NCBI RefSeq assembly: GCF_036365525.1 | Contig: NC_090393.1 | Span: forward strand, 54,886,488-54,950,487 | Source: Heterodontus francisci | Taxonomy: Eukaryota | Reading direction: 5' to 3' | Length of the DNA stretch: 64,000 nucleotides | Part shown: one piece after another, positions 36,709-51,019 of the stretch | Numbering within the stretch: position 1 is the first letter of the stretch | How the letters are laid out: the number at the start of each line of letters is the position of its first letter | The notes under the pieces: model-generated | What the model was told of the DNA's origin: nothing | The model's database searches: none | Seen by the model: only the letters and a program-made list of their open reading frames with translations | Made by a program: the position numbers and the translations under genes

Positions 36709-39700
36709 TAAAAACAGAAAGTGCTGGAAATACTCAGCTTGTCAGGCAGCATATGGGGAGAGAGAAGCAGAGTTTCAGGTCTGTGACCTTTCACCAGAAA
36801 CAAGAAATAGGAGCAGAAGTAGACCATATAGCTCATCGAGCTTGCTCTGCCATTCAATACGATCATGGCTGATCTTGGGCTTCAATTCCACTTTCCTGAC
36901 CATATCCCTTGATTCCCTGTGACACCAAAAATCTGTCTATCCGAGCCTTAAATGTATTCAATGACGGAGCATCCACCACCCTCTAGGGTAGAGAATTCCT
37001 AAGATTCACAATCCTTTGAGTATAGTAATTTCTCTTCATCTCAGTCCTGAATGATTGACCCCTTATCCTGAGACTGTGTCCCCATGTTCTAGATTCCCAG
37101 ACCAGTGGAAACAATCTTCTATCCTATCAAGCCCTTTCAGAATCTTGTATATCTCAATTAGATCACCTCTCATTCTTCTATACTCCAGAGAATATAGGCC
37201 CAATTTACTCAGCCTTTCATCATAGGACAACCCTTCATCCCAGAGACCAATTTAGTAAATCTTCGTTGCATTGGCTCCAGTGCAAGCATATCCTTTCTGA
37301 AACGTGGTGACCAAAACTGCACATAGTATTCCAGGTGGGGTCTCACCAAAGCCCTGTACAATTTTAGTAAGACTTTTTTATTCCTGTACACCAATCTCCT
37401 TGCAATAAAGGCCAACATGCCATTTGCCTTCCCAATAGCCTGCTGCGCTGCATGTTAACTTTGTGCATTCCTTGTCCAAGTACTCCCAAGTCTCTCTGAA
37501 TATCAACACTTACCAGTTTCACACCTTTTAAAAATATTCTGTTTTTCTATTTTTACGACCTAAGTGAACAACCTCACACTTCCCTACATTTTGCTCCATT
37601 TGCCAACTTGTTGCCCACTCACTTAACCTGTCTATATATCTTTGCAGCCTCTCGATGTCCTCCCCACAGCTTACCTGTCCACCGAGCTTTGTATCATCAG
37701 CAAACTTAGATATGTTACTCTCTGTCTCTTCATCTAAGTCATTAATATAGAGTGTAAATAGCTGAAGCCCCAGCACTGATCCTTGCGGCACCCCACTATT
37801 CCCTGCCTGCCAACTTGAAAATGCCCCATGTATGCCCAATCTCTGCTTTCTGTCTGTTAACCAATCCTCTATCCACTCTAATATATTACCCCCAACACCA
37901 TGAGCCCTTATCTTGCCTATTAATCTTTTATGTAGCACCTTATCGAATGCCTTTTGAAAATCCAGGTGTACTGCATCTACTGGTTCCACTTTATCTACCC
38001 TACTAGCTAATAAATGTGTCAAACAGGATATCCCTTTAATAAAACCATGCTGACGTGTTCTAGTCATACAATGTTTTTCCAAGTGCAATCTTAAGACTTC
38101 TTTAATAATAGTTTCCAGCATCTTCCCAAGGACTGATGTTAGGCTAACTGGCCTGTAGTTCCTTGTTTTCTCGCTATCTCCTTTCTTGAAAAGCGATGTA
38201 ACATTTGCCAATTTCCAATCTGACAGGACCATTCCTGAATCTAAGGAATTCTGGAAAATCGTGGCTAGTGCATCCACTATCTCTGCAGCTATCTCTTTTA
38301 GAACCCTAGGATGTAGGCCATCTGGTCCCAGGAACTTGTCAGATTTTAGTCCATCAAGTTTCTCCAATACGTAGTCTCGGCTGATATCAATATCCTTAAT
38401 TTCCTCACTCTTTTTAACCTCTAGGTTACTGCCTATTTCTGATATGGCACTTGTGTCTTCTATTGTGAAGACAGATGCAAAATACTTGTTCAATGCCTCT
38501 GCCATTTCCTCATCCCCCGTGATGATTTCTCCTGTCTCTGCCTCTACGGGACCAACATCTACTTTAGCTACTCACTTACATTTTATGTACTTATAAAAGC
38601 TCTTACAATCTGTTTTTATATTGCTGGCTAGTTTACTCATTTTATTTTTCCTTTTTTATCAACTTTTATGTTGGCCTTTTGCTGATTTCTAAAACATACC
38701 CAATCCTCAAACTTGCTACTATTTTTTGCAACATTGTCAGCTTCTTCATTTAATCTAATACTCTCCTTAACTTCCTGAGTGAGTCACGGAAGGTTCTTTT
38801 TTAAGGAGTTTTTGTTTTTGAAGGGAATGTACTTTTGTTGAACCCTTTGAATTATTTCTTTAAATGTTTCCCACTGTCCATTTACTGCCATACCTTCCAG
38901 TCTATTTACCCAATTAGCCATAGCCAGTTCTCCCCTCATACCTTTGTAATTGGCTTTGTTTAAGTTTACGATTCTTGTTTGTGATTAAAATGTGTCACTT
39001 TCAAACTTAACATGAAATTCAATGGTATTATGATTACTATTTCCCAGTGGATCTTTTACTATGACATTGCTTATCATTATAGAATATGAGATCTAAGATA
39101 GCTTTATCCCTAGTCAGTTCTACAACATATTGCTCCAAGAAACTGTCATGAAAGGATTATACAAATTCATCTTCTAGACCACTGTTGCCAATTTGATTTT
39201 CCCAGTCTATATGCAAATTAAAGCCCCCCACAAATAATACATTACCTTTTTTACATGCTCCAATAATTTCCCATTTAATGTTCTGTCCAATAACAAAACT
39301 ACTGTTAGGGGGCCTGTAAACTACCCACACCTGTGTTTTCTGACTCCTGCTGTTCCTAATTTCCACCCAAACTGATTCTAGTTCATGATCTTCTGAGGCC
39401 AGATCCTTCTTATTATTGTCCTTATGGCATCCTTTACTATCAGGGCTGCCCCTCCTCCTTTGCCATTTTGTCTGTCTCTCTAAATATTGTGTACCCTGGA
39501 ATATTCATTTCCCAACCTTGATCTCCTTGTAATCACATCTCGTTAATGGCAATTAGATCTAGATCATTTACCTCTATTCACAGCATTAGTTCATTTATCT
39601 TATTACAGATGCTTCATGCATTCAGATAAAGGAACTTTAATTTTCATTTTTCCCCTCTATTCGCTGCAATGACCTTATTTGCCAATGTACAATTTTTAGT

Positions 39701-41374
39701 AAACTCTCTGTCCCTTCCTGTCCCATTCTGTTGGGAGTTACCCACATCACTATCGTGCTCTGATGCCCTGCCCTCTCTCTATGGATTTCTAAATTTCCCT
39801 TTACCCAAACCCTCTACCACCACCCGCCACTCCCCCCCCCACCGCCCCCGCTCCCTCACCACCGCCCCCGCCCCCCCCCCCACTACCGCCCCCCATTAGT
39901 TTAAAGCCCTGTCCACAGCCCTAGTTATGCAATTGGCCAGGATACTGGTTCCAGCCAGGTTCAAGTGAAGCCCATCCCAACAGAATAGCTCCCTTTTCCC
40001 TGAGTATTGATGCCAGTGCCCCAAGAATCGAAACCCCTTCTTGCCACACCACTCTTTGAGTCACGCATTTAGGTCTCTAATCTGCTTGACCCTGTGTCAA
40101 TTTGTTAGTTAACAATCCAGAGACGATTACCTTAGATGTTCTGCATTTTAGTTTGGAGCTTAACTCCTCAAATTCTCTAAGCAGAACATCATTCCTGGTT
40201 CTACCTGTGTCATTGGTTCCTATATGGACCATGACAACTGGATCCTCCCCCTCCCACTTCAGGTTCCTCTCCAGCTGCGAGGAGATCTCTTTAACCCTAG
40301 TATTGGGCAGTCAACACGGCCGTCGGAGCTCCCAGTCACGGTTACAATGAACAGTATCTATCCCCTTGACTATACTGTATCCTATCACTACTACATTTCT
40401 CTTCACTCCCCCACTGGAATGGCATCTTTCACCATGGTGCCATGGTCAGTCCGCTCATCCACCTTGCAGTCCTTCTCTTCATCCACACAGGTAGCAAGGA
40501 CCTGGTATCTGTTGGACAAGGTCAGAGGCTGAGGCTCCTCCATCCTACATGCTGATTCCCTCTATCTGTCTCACTCATAGTCACAGCCTCCTGTCCCTGA
40601 CCATTAGCCATCTCTAATGGCCTCTCTGCTCTAAGGGGTGTGACTGCCTCCAGGAACACAGTGTCCAGATAACTCTCCCTCTACCTGATGCTACGCAACG
40701 TCTGCAACTCAGTCTCCAGCTCAGCAATTCTGAGATGAAGTTGCTCAAGTTGCAGACACTTACTGCAGACATGGTTGTCTGGGATTGCAGTGCATTCCAC
40801 AGATTGCCACATGATGCAGTTGCAGCACACCACCAACCCTGCCATTTCTGTACAACCATTTTTTAAAATTAGTCAATTAGTTAATAATTCAAGCTGAAGT
40901 AATGGGAAGTTGCACACACCTACCTTGGAGTCAAAGGAAGAAGACTCACCAACTACTGGAGGATGAAAACAATAGGAAAATGAACCCCTCTTTCCCCCTC
41001 TGCACCGAATTCCCACGTGCACCAAATTTCCAACTTCATTCTGGCAAATGTCTCTTTTCAACTGCATCCCCTCACTGCAGGTTAGGCGAGATCCCATGAC
41101 AGCTGTGTTATTTAATCTCTCCTACCCTTTGCCCTATCACACACCTTCCCTTTTGTTCTCTTCACCACCAACACCACCAACACCACCACCTCCCCCTGCC
41201 CCCACCCGCTCTTCACTTGCTAATTATTTTCTAACCTTTGCCAGTTCTAATGAAAGGTCATAGAGCTGAAATGTTAACCGTGCTTCTCTCCCCACAGATG
41301 CTGCCCGACCTGCTGAGTAGTTCCAGCACTTTCTATTTTTATGTCAGATTACCAGCAGCTGCAGTATTTTGCTT
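36709..41374. mobile_element. Composite: PLE-derived termini enclosing a near full-length CR1 (about 36800-40860, minus strand)
   Basis: Inverted pLTR 36709-36799; pLTR about 41090-41374; degenerate 16-bp TSD TTATACCAyyrGTAAA at 36693-36708 and 41375-41390; CR1 RT ORF 37528-38505. Confidence 0.85.
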
Positions 41375-41810
41375 TTATACCATTAGTAAAGTTACTTTAA
41401 AAATGAATTGCGTGATCAGCTATTACGTTTGATTTTAAGTGGAACATTTCTAAGCAGAACAACAGTCGTGCAGTTTGTCGGCTGGATTCCGCTATCTATA
41501 TTTTACAGTGTGTTCACCTTAAGTGATTAAAGTTTCAGTGTAATGTTAGAAATAATGCAGTGTAATAAAATTACTATTCCGTCATCTCAGGTGTTGGCAT
41601 CTCTTCTGCCCATTACCCCGGAAACAATTGATAGTAACTGCTTAAATGTGACTAGGTAGTGACAAATTATTCTTTGTGGCATTCTACACATTTTATGTAG
41701 TCTGTGACATCAATCGGAATAGATTAGGTACACGATGGATAAGGTTAATTCAACATTCCGTGAAAGTAATTTTACAACATAATTTTAAAAATAAACCTGG
41801 CTGAACTTTT
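41375..41810 (+). pseudogene. Displaced 3' UTR/flank of the C pseudogene
   Basis: Alignable to about 19945-20370 (e.g. GTTTGATTTTAAG, TGCAGxGTAATAAAATTACT, TTATTCTTTGTG); separated from the exon by a 4.7-kb insertion. Confidence 0.8.
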
Positions 41811-42369
41811 GTCTGTGTAGAGGAGGAGCTGAACTATATGCCCATGTTTATCACAAGAATTCAAAGCACGAGGTGTAAGTACTTACTAATCATCAGGTTA
41901 CACAAATTCAGGTGAAACCCTTGTAACCGCCTCCCTTTCGATACCTGGACCTAATGTGGTGCAATCTCTAATATTGCATGATTTTTTCAAAGCTATCGAT
42001 TACGTTAATCATTGGTCAATAATGGTTAATTTAAAACAAGTACTATTAGTATCAACTCAAAAGGCCATACCTCTAGATTTTGTGAGGCCTTTGACTGAAA
42101 ACAACTCAGAGAAGAGTCGAGCTTTTCAAATGCAGCTTCACATTAATCACAGACCCGGTAAGGTAACACTTTAGCACATAGTCTTCTTCTTCAGACTGAT
42201 TTAGGACTACAATTCATAAATTTCTACAAGTATTAACACAAGTTGTTAAGGGCCATAAAGAGTGCAAGGAAAGTGTTCTTTTATTTCTGGAGAAATAGTA
42301 TACATTTCCTGCATCCGCACCTACCATAGAGCAGTTTGCGTCACTGACCAGTCTCTTATCACCAGTATT

Positions 42370-45120
42370 GTGAAGGCGCACCCCGCAAAAGTTCCATAAC
42401 TCCAAATAAGAGAGCCCGCCACGCACCAACAGCCCTTGCACAAGCAATGATGCCAAATAACCAGCACTTCTCACTGTAGCTAGAATGCTTGCTACCCCCC
42501 AAAGCTTTAACAGGAAGCACCAATGCTGGCATCGATGAAGCTTGGAAGTCACTAAGCTCAATCATCTATGAAGCAACAGAAGCATCATTTGGTAATGGAG
42601 GAACCCTCAACAAGCGCTGGTTTGAGGCCTACTCAGCTGAGATGATACTATCATTGATGTATATAACAAAGCCAACATGATGCACAAAATAAAGCCAACA
42701 ACTAAGACACTGCATGACCTGAAAGTAGCTAAGACAGCTGCGCAAAGGAGAGGGGAGATACTGCACAAACAAGCACTGCATCTGCTTATGTCAAGAAATC
42801 CAAACTGTATGTGACAAAGAAAAACTATAGCTATATGCGAAAGGATCAAGAGGGTGCTTGGTCCTGCCATCACTGAAGTTGCTCTCCTCAAGTCGGCAGA
42901 TGGTGAAGTACTCACCAGCCAAAATAAACAGATGTTCCACCAGGCTGAACACTACTGTGAGCTGTACTCATGAAAGTCAGACATCTCCCAGTCCGTGCTC
43001 AACGCTGTCCCGTAACTTTCTGTCATGGATAAGTTAGATGAAGAACACTGATCACTGGAGCTTGAGAAGGCCATAGACTACCTAGTGAAGAGAAGGGCAT
43101 CCATCAAGGATGGAATCTCCGCTGAACTGCTCAAGTATGGAAAGTCCCTGTTATTGCCACAACTTTATGACCTCCTCTGCTGAAAAGTAGACTCTGTTCC
43201 ACAGGAGATGTGTGATGCCAAAATCATTACATTATACAAGAACAAAGGTGACAGAGGAGACTGCAACAATTACACAGGCATCTCACTCCTTAGCATCACA
43301 GGGAAGGCCCGTGCTAGGGTCATTTTTAAAAGACTCCATTTTTATAATTCAGTTGTAGGATGTGACTACTGACTAGGCCAGCATTTATTGCCCATCCCTA
43401 TTTGCCCTTGAACTGAATGACTTGCTAGGCCATTTCAGAGTCAACCACATTGCTGTGGGCCTGGAGTCACATGTAGGCTAGACCAGGTAAGGACAACAGA
43501 TTTCTTCCCTAAAGGACATAAGTGAACCAGTTTGGTTTTTACAACAATTGACAATGGTTTCATGGTCACCATTAGATTAACTTTTAATTTCAGATTTACT
43601 AGTTGAATTCAAATTTCACCATCTGCCAAGGTTGGATTTGAATCCATGCCCCCAGAGCATTAACCTGGGCTCTGGATTACTAGTCCAGTGATATTACCAC
43701 TACGCCACCACCTCTCCTTGCAGACTGAGTGTGCCCAGAAATGCAGTGTGGTTTCCGTGGCAGGCGATCTGCCGTGGATGTGACCTTCTCCATAAGGCAG
43801 CTGCAAGAGAATTGTAGGGAACAGGGTATATCCCGTTACCTTACTTTCGTAGATCTCACTAAGGCATTTAGCACCATCAGCAGAGCAGGGCTTTACAAGA
43901 TTATGGGAAAAATTGGCTGTCTACCGAAGCTCCTCAGTTTCATCTGCTCCTTCCATGACAACATGCACTGCACTTCACAGTTTGATGGCTCAACTTGCGA
44001 CGGCTTTGTAGTGAAGAATGGAGTGAAGCAGGATTCTGTCTGAACCCCCAATCTGACATCTTCTTCTCCATGCTCTTGACCTTTGCCTTCTCTACAGATA
44101 TGGAAGGAGTTGACTTGCACACTAGGTCAGATGGCAAGCTCTACAATCTATCACAGTTGAAAGCGAAGGCAAAAACATATGACATCCTGATCAGAGAACT
44201 CCTCTAGGCTGATGCTGCTGTGCTAGTTGCTCATGCCTGTAATTTGTTCACCCTGACTATAAGCATCAAGAAAATCATGGTCATGGGACAAGGTGTTGCA
44301 TCTCCTCCCCTGATCACACTAAATAATACCCCACTGGAAGTGGTTAGCAAATTCTGCTACTTTGAGTCCATGGTGACAGACAATCTGCGGAGCTTGATTC
44401 ACACATAGGGAAAGTAGCTACCACCTTTGGCTGACTTGCAAAACGCTGCTGTAATGACACCAAGCTGACCCTTCGGACCTAGTTGATGATTTATAAGGCC
44501 TGTGTTCTCAGCACCTTGCTACATGGCTCTGAAATATGGGCAACTTACAGCTACCAGGAAAAGAGGCGAAATAGTTTCTATCTTTGCTGTCTGCAGCACA
44601 TATTGGGTATATCCTAGCAGGACAAAATCACAAATGTGGTAGTCCTCTTAAAGGCAGAGCTCCTATGTGTGTTGGCACTAATCAAACAGAGGTGGCTTCG
44701 GCGAATCGGACACATCTGCATGATGGAAGGACCCAAGGACCTTCTGTATGGTGAGGTAGCTGGGGCCAGGTGACCAGTGGAACATCCAAAGATCCGCTTC
44801 AAGGATGGTTGCATGTGTGACATGAAGGCCCTAAATGTCAACTGTCACAACTGATAGTCACTAGCTGGTGAAAGAGGGAAATGGCGACACATCCTGTGGA
44901 CTGGTGTGCACTACCACGATGACCCATTGCTACAGCAGCTTGGCAATGGCACCAACGTCAAAAACAACAACTCACAGCGTCACTTGGCAACTTCACGTGC
45001 AGTACTTGTGGCAAAACCTGCCTCTCAAGGATTGACCTTCACAGACATCAGCACAGGTGCACCAAGAGAAGACGCCCCACTTAAATGGATTCAAAGATGG
45101 AAGGATGCCAATTATAGTAT
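42370..45120 (+). mobile_element. RTE-clade LINE, decayed
   Basis: PEMQCGFR; RQLQENCREQ; FVDLTKAF; GVKQ; C-terminal Cys/His remnant. Confidence 0.88.
43340..43716 (-). mobile_element. tRNA-derived SINE inserted in the RTE LINE
   Basis: Head TGGCGTAGTGG (A-box) ... GGATTCAAATCC (B-box); tail GGATGGGCAATAAATGCTGGCC. Confidence 0.82.
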
Positions 45121-45129
45121 TCAAAAACA

Positions 45130-45975
45130 GAGGATTAGTGCTAGATTTGTACAGAACTGTGCTCAGTTTTGGTCACCATACCACAGGTGTTATATTGAAG
45201 AACTGAAGTGCAGACAATATTTACACAGTTGTTCCTAGAAATGGGATGATACAATTATCAGGTTGGACTCTTTTCTCTGGAAAAGAAAAGACTAATGAGT
45301 TTTGACAAAGAGTGAGGCCAGAACAGGGAAGTTTATGAGATAGTCGTCTATAGATCAAATGAATAGTGTTTTTGAAGATATTGATTGGTAATTGGTTGGG
45401 AGGTAGGAAATGGAGCATAGGGATAAATGGCTTGATGTGAAAATCGACCTTCCTTAGTGGTCCCGGGACCTCAGCTTTTCGTTTTAATGACTTGGACGAA
45501 GGCATAGCGAATTGTATGTACAAGTTTGCAGATCACACTAATTTGGGAGACACAGTACGTTGTTTAAATCTGTGATGGAAGTTATATAGACTAAGTGAAT
45601 GGACAAAATTATGTCAATGTCGGAAAGCATGAGGTGATCCATTTTAGACCTGTGAATGACAAATCAGAATATTTATTTAATGCCGAGGGACCAGAAGCTA
45701 TGAGTGAGAAAATGAATTCCGGTGCTCGCGTGTACAAATTACTAAAAAACAGTGAACAAGTGCAAAAGGTGATCAAAAAGATGAATGGAATTTTGGGCTT
45801 TATCACAAAGGGATTGAAATTAAAACAGGAAGAAATGTGCTTCCGTTGTACACAGCCTTGGTCAGACCCCATTTGAAGTATTGCTTTCAGCTTTGGACAC
45901 TGAACCCCAAGAAAGATATATTGGCCGTTGAAGGGGTAGAGTGCAGATTCATCATAATGGTACCAGGGTTCCATT
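45130..45975 (+). mobile_element. Highly decayed CR1 fragments
   Basis: KFADHT, EVIHF, ILGFITKG remnants. Confidence 0.7.
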
Positions 45976-47024
45976 AATGGTTCAATTATGACGACAGATT
46001 GCAGAAACGTGATTTGTATTACCATTGCTGTCAGTGGCGGGTGCTCACGACTGATATTGAATAAATCACCGCAGGAACCAATTGTGATCACCGTGGTGAG
46101 AATTTCCACTGCCTTCAAGGGAGGATTCCGTCCCTGCGTGGGTTGCGGTGAGCCCAGCAGCGCCGGCCAATTCAGGTAATAAAGGCAGGAAGTTGTGGGC
46201 ATAGCTTATAGCCACTACACCACAAAGAGTGTTGCTGCAGCAAAAAGGCGTTGGAAATAAAGAGGCATTGGAAAATAACATTTTAGTAGACAAAACTTTA
46301 CAAAATTAAAACGTAAACATTGATTTATTTTAAAAAGGCTGATAAATCATGCTTAAAGAGACATAGATTTCATTTTTAACATGATTTAACAGATTTTAAA
46401 AAGTTTCATGTTAATAATTGTTTTTAAAGAAATCAAGCCATTTTCACTTTTAAAATGGTGTGGGCCTCCTTATTAAGTATTCATGAATTGAGAGGAGTCC
46501 CCTTATGCCTGAAAATGCAAATGTAAAATTTAAAAGTGTAATTAATTCAAAATTAGAAGGCAATTAGCCCAAAATCATGCTGGTTCCTTCGTTGATACTT
46601 GAAGTGGCGAACCCTTGAGAGTAGCATTGGTTAGCCCACAGTATTTTCAGATTAGCATATGTACACTCCAGAAATTGTGAGGCCTCTCTGATGTCCATTA
46701 GCCAATCATAGAATCATAAAATAGTTACAGCACAGAAGGAGGGCATTCGGCCAGTCGTGACTGTGCTAACTCTTTCCAAGAGCAACTCATCAAGTCCCAC
46801 TCCCCTGCCTTTTCCCCTAGCCCTGCATTTTTTTTCCTCTTCAGATCCAGTTCTCTTTTGAAGTCAGAGAGAGAGAGAAAACAGCAGGAGCAGAACTGGG
46901 GAAAAATCCAAAAGTGCCATTAGAGTGATGTCATAGTCGATGAGCGAGCAGGGAAACAGAAAGCAGCCGGGTTTTGTATACAGGTAAGCTTTTAATTTAA
47001 CTTAATCTCAATCAATCAATTATA

Positions 47025-47160
47025 AAATAAGAGCAAAATACTGCAGATGCTGGAAATCTGAAATAAAAACAAGAAATGCTGGAAATACTCAGCAGGTCTG
47101 GCAGCATCTGTGGAAAGAGAAGCAGAGTTAACGTTTCGGGTCAGTGACCCTTCTTTGAAG
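47025..47160 (-). mobile_element. PLE-derived hammerhead mini-element
   Basis: Near-identical to 25342-25432; ends at a degenerate hammerhead core. Confidence 0.8.
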
Positions 47161-50100
47161 AATGCATTCATGAGGATGAGAGCAATGTGGATGGCATGTT
47201 TATAGATGTGGTCATCACACAGCTTAAGAGTATGCAGGGAGGGAGGGAATGGGTGACCACCATACAGTCAAAAAGAATCAGGCAGGTAGTGCAGGAGACC
47301 CCTGAGTGCATCTCACTCTCCAACAGGTATTCAGTTCTGAATACTGAGGAAAGTGATGCTTCACCTGGGGAGTGCAGCCAGAGCCAAGTTCATGGCACCA
47401 TGGGTAGCTCAGCTGCACAGCTGGGTACAGAGAAGACTGGAAGAGCCATAGTGATAGGTGATTCAATAGTCAGGGGAACAGACAGGCGTTTCTGTGGCCG
47501 CAGATGTGAATCAAGGATCGTGTGTTGCCTCCCTGGTGCTAGGGTCAAAGATGTCACTGAGCAGCTGCAGAGCATCCTGAAGGGGAAGGATGAACAGCCG
47601 GCAGTCGTGGTCTACATCAGAACCAACAACATAGCTAGAAAGAGGGATGTGGTCCTGCAGTCAGAATTTAGGGAGCTAGGTAAGAAATTAGGAAGCAGGA
47701 CCTCAAAAGTAGTCATCTCCAGATTACTCCCAGTGCCACATGCAAGTGAGCATAGAAATCGAAGGATAAGACAGATGAATGCATGGCTGGAAAGATGGTT
47801 CAGGAGGGAGGGCTTTAGATTCCTGGAACATTGGGACCAGCTCTCGGGGAGATGAGACCTGTGCAGGACAGATGGATTACACCTGAACAGAGCCGGGACT
47901 GAATTCCTCGTGGGATGTTTTGCTAGTGCTGTTGGGGAGGGTTTAAACTAATTTGGCAGGGGGATGGGGACCTGAAGATAGGCTCAGGTGGGACAAAGTC
48001 AGAAGTGAAAATGAAAGGCAGTAACTTAATGGATGAGTCTGGAAGGCAGAGGAAACAAAGGTTAGAAAATAAAAAAGAGAGTTTGGCAGTGCTCAAGAGT
48101 ATCTATTTCAATGCAAGGATTATAGCAAATAAAACAGATGAGCTGAGGGCACAGATAGATACGTGGCAATATGATATAATAGCTATTACAGAAACATGGC
48201 TTAAGGAGGGAAAGGAATGGCAGCTCAATGTTCCTGGCTACAGGGTTTACAGACGTGATAGGGAGGGGGATAAGAAAGGAGGAGTGACAATTTTGGTCAA
48301 GGGAACTATTACAGCTGTGAGGAGGAACGATATGTTGGAAGTTTCATCAAATGAGACTATATGGATTGGCTAAGGAACAAAAAAAAGGGTAATCACACTG
48401 CTGGGAGTGTACTATAGACCCCCAAACAGTTAAAGGGAAATAGAAGAGCAGATATGCAGGCAAATCTCTGAGAAGTGTAAGAACAATAAGGAAGTAATAG
48501 CAGGTGATTTTAACTACCCCAATATTACCTGGGATAGTTTTAGTGTGAAAGGAATTGAAGGAGCAGAATTCTTGAGGTGCATTCAGGAGAACTTTTTTCC
48601 CAGGATATGGCAAGTCCAACAAGAGGAGGCGCAGTTTTAGACTTAGTTTTAGGAAATGAAGATGGGCAGGTGGAAGGAGTGGCAATGGTGGCAGTGATCA
48701 TAATTCAGTCAGTTTTAACATACTTATGGAGAAGGACAGAGATAGAACAGGAGTTAGAGTTCTCAAATGGGGCAAGGCCAATTTTACTAAACTGAGGAGT
48801 GATTTCGCAAAAGTGGACTGGAAACAGCTATTTGAAGGTAAATCAGTGTCAAAACAGTGGGATGCATTCAAAGGGGAGATTCAAGGTATTCAGAGTAAGC
48901 ATGTTCCCACAAAGAAAAAGGGTGAGACGGCCAAATCTAGAGCCCCATGGATGTCAAGGAACCTATTGGGTAAGATAAGGCAGAAAAGGAAAGCTGATGT
49001 CCGACACTGAGAACTCAATACTACAGAAAGCTGAGAGGGCTATAGAAAGTGGAGGGATGAAATCATAAAGGAAAGTAGGAAAGCAAAGAGAGGGCATGAA
49101 AGAATATTGGCAAGCAAAATCAAGGTGAACCCAAAGGTGTTTTATCAATAGATTAAGAGTAAGAGGATAACTGAGGAGAAAGTAGGGCCCATAAAAGATG
49201 AAAAAGGTAACCTATGTGTAGGGATAGAAGATGTTGGTGTGGTTCTTAATGAATACTTTGTGTCTGTCTTCACAAAAGAGGGGAACAATACAGATGTTGT
49301 AGTTAAGGAAGAGGAGTGTGACGTATTGGATGTGATAAGCATAGGGAGAGAGGAAGTATTAATGGGATTAGCATCCTTGAAAGTTGATAAATCACCAGGG
49401 CCAGATGAAATGTACTGTAGGCTGCTAAAAGAAGCAAGAGAGCAAATATCAGAAGGTCTGACCATCATTTTCCAGTCATCACTGGACACAGGTGTGGTGC
49501 CGGAGGACTGGAGAACTGCTAATGTTGTACCTCTGTTTAAAAAGGGAGCAAACGATAGTCCGAATAATTACAGACCTCAGTCTAACCTCAGTAGTGGGAA
49601 AATTATTGGAATTTATTCTGAGAGACAGGATAAATGTCACTTAGATAGGCACAAGTTAATCAAGGATAGTCAGCATGGATTTGTTAAGGGAAGATCTTGT
49701 TTGACCAACTTGATCGAATTTTGTGAAGTAACAGGGAAGATAGATGAGGGTAGTGCAGTTGATGTGGTCTACATGGATTTTAGCAAGGCTTTTGACAAGG
49801 TCAAACTGGCAAACTGGTTAAAAAAATAAAATCCTATGGGATCCAAGGAAATGCAGCAATGTGGATACAAAATTGGCTCTGTGGCAGGAAACAAAGGGTA
49901 ATTTTTGACGGCTGTTTTAGCGACTGGAGGGCTGTTTCCAGTGGTGTTCTGCAGGGCTCAGTACTGGATCCCCTTCTTTTATAGTATATATTAACGATTT
50001 GGACATAAATGTAGGGGGCGTGATCAAGAAGTTTGCAGACAATACAAAGATTGGCCTTGTGGTAGATAGCGAGGAGGATAGCTGTAGGCTGCAGGAAGAT

Positions 50101-50950
50101 ATTGATGGTCTGGTCAGATGGGCAGAAAAGTGGCAAATGGAATTCAGTTTGGAGAAGTGTAAGGTGATGCATTTGGGGAGGTCAAACAAGGCAAAGAAAT
50201 ACATGATTAATGGGAAAATACTGAGAAGTGTAGAGGAAGTAAGGGACCTTGGAGTGAATGTCCACAGATCCCTGAAGGTAGCAGGACAGGTCGTTAAAGT
50301 GGTTAAGAAGGCATATGGAATCCTTTCCTTTATTAGCCATGGTATAGAATATAAGAGCAGGGAGGTTATGCTGGAACTGTATAACTCATTGGTTCAGCAA
50401 CAACTTGAGTACTGTGTGCAGTTCTGGTCACCTCATTACAGAAAGGTAGTAATTGCACTGGATAGGGTACAGAGGAGATTTCCGAGGATGTTGCCAGGGC
50501 TGGAAAATTGCATCTATGAGGAAAGATTGGATCGGCTGGGGTTGTTCTCCTTGGAACAGAGAAAGCTGAGGGGAAATCTGATTGAAATGTACAAAGTTTT
50601 GAGGGGCCTGGATAGAATAAAGGTGAAGGGTCTATTCACCTTAGCAGAGAAGTCAGTGGCATGGGGGCATAGATTTAAAGTGATTGGTAGAAAAATTAGA
50701 GGGGAGATAAGGAAAACGTTTTCCCCCAGAGGGTGTTGGGGGTTTGGAACTCACTGCTTGAAAGGGTAGCTGAGGCAGAGACCCTCAACTCATTTAAAAG
50801 GAGTCTAGATATGCACCTCAAATGCCATAATCTGCAGGGCTATGGACTAAATACTGCAAGGTGGGATTTGAATAGGTGGATCGTTTTTCAGCTGGCACAG
50901 ACATGATGGGCCAAGTGGCCTCTTTCTGTGTCTTAAACTTTCTTTGATTT
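47161..50950 (+). mobile_element. Near full-length CR1 LINE
   Basis: ORF1 esterase 47187-47855 (IGDSIV); APE (YFNAR, ITETWL); RT (DFSKAFD, FADN); 3' UTR. Confidence 0.93.
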
Positions 50951-51019
50951 CTAAGTCTTCAATTGAATCTGTGTTCATCACACTCTCAGCCAGTGCATTC
51001 CAGATCCTAACCACTCATT

